NCBI GenBank assembly: GCA_043800755.1
Contig: JAZDMQ010000021.1
Coordinates: forward strand, 1 to 49,145
DNA length: 49,145 nucleotides
Reading direction: 5' to 3'
DNA from: a bacterium
GTDB taxonomy: Bacteria > Methylomirabilota > Methylomirabilia > CAVQYV01
Under the pieces are notes generated by a model. That model made no database searches, was not told the DNA's origin, and saw nothing but the letters and a program-made list of their open reading frames with translations. This document shows positions 44,084 through 49,145 of the stretch, in pieces. Position numbers and translations under genes: made by a program. Position 1 is the first letter of the stretch. Every line of letters begins with the position of its first letter.

Positions 44084-46792
44084 TCACTTCTTCCTCTGTG
44101 GCTTGCCATACACGCCCAGCTGCTTCAATATCTCGTCAGCTACCCAGATCGTGCCCGATACCATTACTATCCAAACCCAGTCTGTCCAGGAGAGCCCTGT
44201 GGTTCCGAACAGCAACTGCCCGACAGGAGTGTGTACGGCTCCGATTTGCAGCAGAATCGCAATCCCCACGCCCAGCAGGACCCATCGATTGCTGAAGACG
44301 CCGATAGCAAAGACGGACTGATAGTTTGATCGCGCGTTGAATGCCTGGAACCACTGGAACGCCACCATCGTGGTGAAGGCTACAGTCCTGGCGTAATCCA
44401 GTCCACCATTCTGCTGGGCATACCAGAACAGGCCGAGCGTGCCGGCAGCCATGATAGGTGTAAGCAGCGCCATACGCAGCGCCACTCGCCGGTCCACAAT
44501 GAATTCTTTGGGATCCCGCGGCGGGTGCTTGAGGACATCCGAGTGCCTTGGCTCAACACCGAGGGGCACGGTGCAGGCGCCGTCAGTCACCAGGTTGACC
44601 CAAAGAATCATGACCGCCGTCAGGGGCAGGTCCAGACCGATGACCAGGGCTGCGGCCAGGGTGAGAATCTCGCCAAAGTTGGTCGCCAGCAGGAAGAAGA
44701 CAACGCGGCGCAGGTTGCTATAGATGACTCTGCCTTCTTCCACCGCGTGAACGATCGTGGCGAAGTTATCGTCAGTCAGCACCATGTCGGCCGCTTCCTT
44801 GGCCACCTCGGTGCCGGCCCGGCCCATGGCTATGCCGATATCCGCGCCTTTCAGCGCTGGGGCGTCGTTCACGCCATCCCCGGTCATGGCCACTACATGC
44901 CCATGCTCCTTGAGCGCCTCCAGGATCTTGAGTTTGTGCGCCGGTGTGACGCGGGCGAATACGCCCCCCTCAAGGGCCGCCTTTGCAAGATCAGGTTTCT
45001 CCATCGTTTCGATATCCCGGCCTGTCAGGGCTTTCCCGTTCTCGGCAATGCCTACCTGACGGGCAATAGCAAGAGCGGTTACCGCGTGATCACCCGTGAT
45101 CATGACCGGATGGATGCCCGCTCCCTTGGCGTCGCTCACTGCCTGGATGCTTTCCTCGCGCGGCGGGTCGATCATTCCCCAGAGCCCGGCAAGTGTCAGG
45201 CCCCCTTCCACGTCGGCCTGTTCCAACTTGTCCTGGCCCTGCGGCATTTCCCGGTACGCGCCGGCCATCACCCGCAGCGCCTGGGAAGCAAATTGCTCGT
45301 TGCTCTCGACGATTTCCCGGCGAAGATCCTCGTTCAGTTCCACCGGCTTGCCGTCCCTCAGCACATGGGAGCAGAATTCCATTATCTGTTCCGGAGCTCC
45401 CTTGAGGTAGGCGACGCGTCCTGCGCCGTCTTCCTCCGGATGCAGGGTGGCCATGTACTTGGTGTCGCTGGAAAACGGTACCTCGGCAAGGCGCTTTCCG
45501 TCCTGGCGCATCTGGTCGATGTCCATGCCGGCCTTGATCGCCACTGCGAGCAGTGCCCCTTCACTGGGATTACCCTCGACACGCCACTGACCCTCCTCCT
45601 CCTTCAGGTTGGCATTGTTGGACAGCGCGCCGATACGCAGAAGCCGTTCAAGGGGATCGGGCAGTTCTCCAATCGTTTCACCGCCGGCCTTCTGCAATTC
45701 ACCTTCCGGCTGATACCCTTCGCCGCTCACCTCAAACGTCTGGCCGCCTGCCCAGAGCATGCGCACCGTCATCTGGTTCTTGGTGATCGTGCCGGTCTTG
45801 TCAGAGCAGATGACGCTCGTAGAACCGAGGGTCTCTACGGCCGACATACGCCGTATGATCGCGTTCCGCTGGGCCATGCGCCGCACACCCAGAGCCAGCG
45901 TCACGCTGATAACGGCAGGAAGACCTTCCGGGATGGCCGATACGGCCACGGCAACAGAGAACATGAGCATCTCGACTGCGTCGTAGTTTCGCAGAATTCC
46001 CAGTCCGAATACGGCGGCTGCAAGCGCAATACCCGCAATTCCGAGGACAATGCCCAGTTTGTGCATGCGCTTCTGAAGCGGAGTGCTCTCCCGGACGGTA
46101 GCTCGCACCTCCCCGGCTATCCGCCCCATTTCAGTCCGCATTCCTGTCTCTACCACAACAGCCCGGCCGCGGCCGCCGGTCACGCTTGTGGACATCCACA
46201 CCATGTTTTGACGATCCGCCATCGGCGTATTTTCTGCCACCTTTCCGGACTGCTTGGCGACCGGCTGAGATTCACCGGTTAGGGCTGACTCGTCCACCTG
46301 CAGATCATCGCCTGAAAGCAGCAGGGCGTCGGCGGCCAGCCGGTCCCCGGTTTCGAGCACCAGCACGTCCCCGGGCGCCACGTGGGAGGCGTCGATTTCC
46401 ACAGATTTCCCATCCCTTAAGACGCGGGCGTGAGGCGCAGCCATCTCGCGCAGGGCATTTAGGGCGCCCTCGGCTCGCCATTCCTGGATGAACCCAAGCA
46501 TGCTATTGAGGACGATTACTCCGGCAATCACCGCCGCATCCACGCGATGGCCGATAAGGAGGGACAACACCGCCGCACCCGCCAGCAGGTAGATTAAGGG
46601 ATTATGAACCTGCCGCGCCAGCAGGCGCAACGGGCTGATGCCTTCCTCGGCTTCCAGCGAATTCGGCCCTGTCTCTTCAAGACGTTGCTTCGCCTGGGCC
46701 TCGCTCAGACCATCCTTCCCGGCGTCCAGGCGTTTAAAGACCTCCTCCGTATCCATCGCGTGCCAATGAACGGTTGCAGTTTCCTGGTCCAT
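44084..46792 (-). CDS. Cation-transporting P-type ATPase (P2A-like)
   Basis: TGES, IPEGL, CSDKTGT, KGAPE, TGDGVNDAPAL. Confidence 0.95.
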   Translation of the reverse strand: MDQETATVHWHAMDTEEVFKRLDAGKDGLSEAQAKQRLEETGPNSLEAEEGISPLRLLARQVHNPLIYLLAGAAVLSLLIGHRVDAAVIAGVIVLNSMLGFIQEWRAEGALNALREMAAPHARVLRDGKSVEIDASHVAPGDVLVLETGDRLAADALLLSGDDLQVDESALTGESQPVAKQSGKVAENTPMADRQNMVWMSTSVTGGRGRAVVVETGMRTEMGRIAGEVRATVRESTPLQKRMHKLGIVLGIAGIALAAAVFGLGILRNYDAVEMLMFSVAVAVSAIPEGLPAVISVTLALGVRRMAQRNAIIRRMSAVETLGSTSVICSDKTGTITKNQMTVRMLWAGGQTFEVSGEGYQPEGELQKAGGETIGELPDPLERLLRIGALSNNANLKEEEGQWRVEGNPSEGALLAVAIKAGMDIDQMRQDGKRLAEVPFSSDTKYMATLHPEEDGAGRVAYLKGAPEQIMEFCSHVLRDGKPVELNEDLRREIVESNEQFASQALRVMAGAYREMPQGQDKLEQADVEGGLTLAGLWGMIDPPREESIQAVSDAKGAGIHPVMITGDHAVTALAIARQVGIAENGKALTGRDIETMEKPDLAKAALEGGVFARVTPAHKLKILEALKEHGHVVAMTGDGVNDAPALKGADIGIAMGRAGTEVAKEAADMVLTDDNFATIVHAVEEGRVIYSNLRRVVFFLLATNFGEILTLAAALVIGLDLPLTAVMILWVNLVTDGACTVPLGVEPRHSDVLKHPPRDPKEFIVDRRVALRMALLTPIMAAGTLGLFWYAQQNGGLDYARTVAFTTMVAFQWFQAFNARSNYQSVFAIGVFSNRWVLLGVGIAILLQIGAVHTPVGQLLFGTTGLSWTDWVWIVMVSGTIWVADEILKQLGVYGKPQRKK

Positions 46793-46873
46793 GCCTACTA
46801 CCTCCTTTGCGAGTTGTTCATCGGCGAAGAGCCGGCGCTCCGCTCCTCTGATATCCTCATGGGAACGTGCCCC

Positions 46874-48574
46874 TCAGCGAGAGTAATAGGCGTTCAGCAC
46901 ATACTCCTGCATCATCCTGTGGGTATTGAAGAACGATCCGTTGATGGCGATGGAGTAGATCATTACGTCGACGAACCGCTCCCGGTCGTGGTAGAAAAGG
47001 GGAAGAATGACCCGCTCCAGCTTGTCGTACAGGGCCGCGGCATCCAGGGAGTGGTCCCGGCCTTCTCTTTGTTCCCGGGAGATCTCGCCGATAGACCAGC
47101 CGGTCAGCCCCTCGATATGGCCCTCGATCCACCATCCGTCCAGCACGCTCAGGTTGGGAACGCCGTTGAGGGCCGCCTTCATCCCGCTGGTTCCCGAGGC
47201 CTCCATGGGGGGCTCGGGTGTGTTCAGCCAGAGGTCGACCCCGGCGGTTATCATCGCCCCCAGCGTCATGTTGTAATCCTCGAGGTACGCGATCCTGATG
47301 TCGTTCTCGAGGGCTTGCTTCGCCCGAAAAATCCGCTTGATGATCTCCTTGCCCCCCTGGTCCCGGGGATGGGCCTTTCCGGCATAGATCACCTGGATTT
47401 TGCCGGCTTTTGCGGAGATCTTTCTCAGCCGCTCCAGGTCCTGGAACAGGAGCTCGGCTCTTTTGTAGGTCGTGGCCCGCCGGGCAAAGCCGATGGTCAG
47501 CACGTTCTCATCCATTCCGGCGCCGGTTTCCCGGTTGACAAAGCCGATCAGCCCTTTCTTGGCTTGCATATGGGCATCCCACACCTCCGGCTTCGGAATG
47601 CTCAGGGCATAGCGGAGGCTGAAATTGTCCTGTTGCCAGATGGGGATATATCGGTCGAAAAGTTCCCGGAACGGCTCCGAGACCCAGGTGGCCGCATGAA
47701 CTCCGTTGGTGATCGCCTCGATGGAATAGCCGGTGAACATCAGCCGGGAGACCTCTCCATGTTTTTTGGCGACCCCGTTGATATAACGGCTCAGGTTAAG
47801 AGCCAGGTAGGTCATGTTGAGAATGTTTCCCTCATAAAGAACCCCCTCCAGGGCAAAGAAATCCTCCCGCTGTCCGATCACCCTTCGGGCCAGATCTGCG
47901 GGAAACTTGTCGTGCCCGGCAGGGACGGGGGTATGGGTCGTGAAGACGCATTTCTCCCGCACTGCTTCCCGGTCGTCTTCGGTAAGCGATCTCCTGCCGG
48001 CCCTTTTGGCCTCCTCGTCCAGGAGCTCCAGGGTCAAGAGAGCGGCATGCCCTTCGTTCAGGTGGAAGCTCCGGATGTTTTCATGGCCGAGGTCGCGGAG
48101 CATCCTGACGCCGCCGATGCCGAGAATCACCTCCTGGCAGAGCCGGTAGTGCTCGTCCCCGCCGTAAAGAGAATGGGTCAAGGTCCGATCCCATTCGGAG
48201 TTCTCCGGGAGATCGGCGTCGAGGAAATAGACCGGCACCGTAAAGCCGCCGGTCCCTTTGACTTCATATTTCCAGGACCGGAGATGGACGGTTCGCCCTT
48301 CCACGGGAACCCAGGTTCGCTGGGGCATCTCTTCCAGAAAGTCCTCGACGGCCCATGCCGCAGGCTCTTCTCGCTGCCACCCATCCGCCTCGAGCTTTTG
48401 GCGGAAGTACCCCTTGCGGTAGAGGAGGGTAACCGCAACCATTGGGATGTTGAGATCTGCTGCAGACCGAATTGTATCCCCGGCCAAAACCCCAAGGCCA
48501 CCACTGTAAGTCGGCATAGCAGGCTCAACACCCACCTCCATCGAAAAATATGCAACTGTTTGCTGCTCATTCAC
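46874..48574 (-). CDS. glgP: Alpha-glucan phosphorylase (short type)
   Basis: [36 protein letters not shown]. Confidence 0.93.
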   Translation of the reverse strand: MNEQQTVAYFSMEVGVEPAMPTYSGGLGVLAGDTIRSAADLNIPMVAVTLLYRKGYFRQKLEADGWQREEPAAWAVEDFLEEMPQRTWVPVEGRTVHLRSWKYEVKGTGGFTVPVYFLDADLPENSEWDRTLTHSLYGGDEHYRLCQEVILGIGGVRMLRDLGHENIRSFHLNEGHAALLTLELLDEEAKRAGRRSLTEDDREAVREKCVFTTHTPVPAGHDKFPADLARRVIGQREDFFALEGVLYEGNILNMTYLALNLSRYINGVAKKHGEVSRLMFTGYSIEAITNGVHAATWVSEPFRELFDRYIPIWQQDNFSLRYALSIPKPEVWDAHMQAKKGLIGFVNRETGAGMDENVLTIGFARRATTYKRAELLFQDLERLRKISAKAGKIQVIYAGKAHPRDQGGKEIIKRIFRAKQALENDIRIAYLEDYNMTLGAMITAGVDLWLNTPEPPMEASGTSGMKAALNGVPNLSVLDGWWIEGHIEGLTGWSIGEISREQREGRDHSLDAAALYDKLERVILPLFYHDRERFVDVMIYSIAINGSFFNTHRMMQEYVLNAYYSR

Positions 48575-48650
48575 GGGTTTTCCTCCTTCACTCCAAGTAT
48601 CCTACCTTGTTATCCATGCGCTATAGCTCGGCGATGTCAGGAGCATCGAA

Positions 48651-49145
48651 CTAAAAAATTACCCCTTCAGGAGAAGCCTTCCCACTTAACGCAGCGATCT
48701 CTTCTGTTGTCAGCAGTTCCTCCTGGAGCATGCCCAAAACCCGGCTAACCTCCATCAGGATGTGAGCCCAGGTGCATCGGTTGACAAACAACATACCTGG
48801 AACATTTAGGGTCCCGCCCTTGTTGATAAAACCAAGGCCGGAAGTCATATCCTTACCCGTATGGAGGGGTTGCACTATTCCAAGTATAGACTCTGGTCGG
48901 GTATGAGTAACAAATACACGGGCAGGTACAGAGTTCGGATAGAGCTCTGCCTGCAATTGGGTTGGAACCAGGTGAGCCTCTTCATGCTCACTTCGAGGAG
49001 TTCGAAATCTCCCGGGCTCGAGCATATAGACAACCGAATGAGGCACCTGGCACTCATTCAGACGTGCAGAGGCTTTCAGCACCTCCTCTAACTGTTAAGC
49101 TCCAATCGCTGTCAGTACGGCTCGTTGTCTTTCCGTCTCATAGCA
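48651..49145 (-). pseudogene. 3' end of a phosphoketolase-family gene with an in-frame TAA at 49095-49097
   Basis: Frame reads ..AVLTAIGA*QLEEVLKASARL..YMLEPGRFR..THTRPE..LGFINKGGTLNVPGMLFVNRCTW. Family recognised from memory; the gene continues beyond the window. Confidence 0.6.

Noticed and set aside
46604-48748. 714-aa plus-strand ORF, and similar long ORFs at 44525-46282, 26378-27661, 33139-34353 and 24590-25750
   Set aside because: Antisense shadows of well-supported minus-strand genes in GC-rich DNA; no recognisable motifs.

Overview
GC-rich bacterial window, probably from a diderm anaerobe or facultative anaerobe (Omp85 protein, periplasmic multiheme cytochrome, many Fe-S enzymes). 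It has four parts. (1) 1-4650: accessory DNA downstream of a tRNA-Lys/tRNA-Glu pair, with a split flavocytochrome c, a nitroreductase, a nonsense-inactivated REP-associated tyrosine transposase (RAYT) inside perfect 13-bp inverted repeats, a cassette-like Cys/His-repeat gene and a second RAYT relic. (2) 4650-14941: housekeeping genes (tRNAs, purA, serA, class V aminotransferase, Omp85/PD40 protein, rpoZ, gmk, remA, yicC). (3) 14947-37509: a ~22.5 kb minus-strand unusual-lipid cluster, the main finding. It encodes ACP, FabG, a FabZ lacking the catalytic His, a FabD lacking the malonyl-binding Arg, an active ketosynthase (KS) with a catalytically dead partner, five B12-binding radical SAM enzymes, one radical SAM/SPASM enzyme, two CrtI-family flavoproteins, a U32 Fe-S protein, an acyltransferase, a truncated deacetylase and a split DUF2229/HGD-D pair resembling anaerobic ether-lipid enzymes (PlsA/PlsR, Ger). 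This inventory suggests a ladderane-like or membrane-spanning ether-lipid pathway; the product is inferred, not shown. (4) 37800-49145: a YbhG/F/S/R-type ABC exporter, a P-type ATPase, a glucan phosphorylase and a phosphoketolase-like 3' end with an in-frame stop. All family assignments come from motif recognition only; no searches were run.
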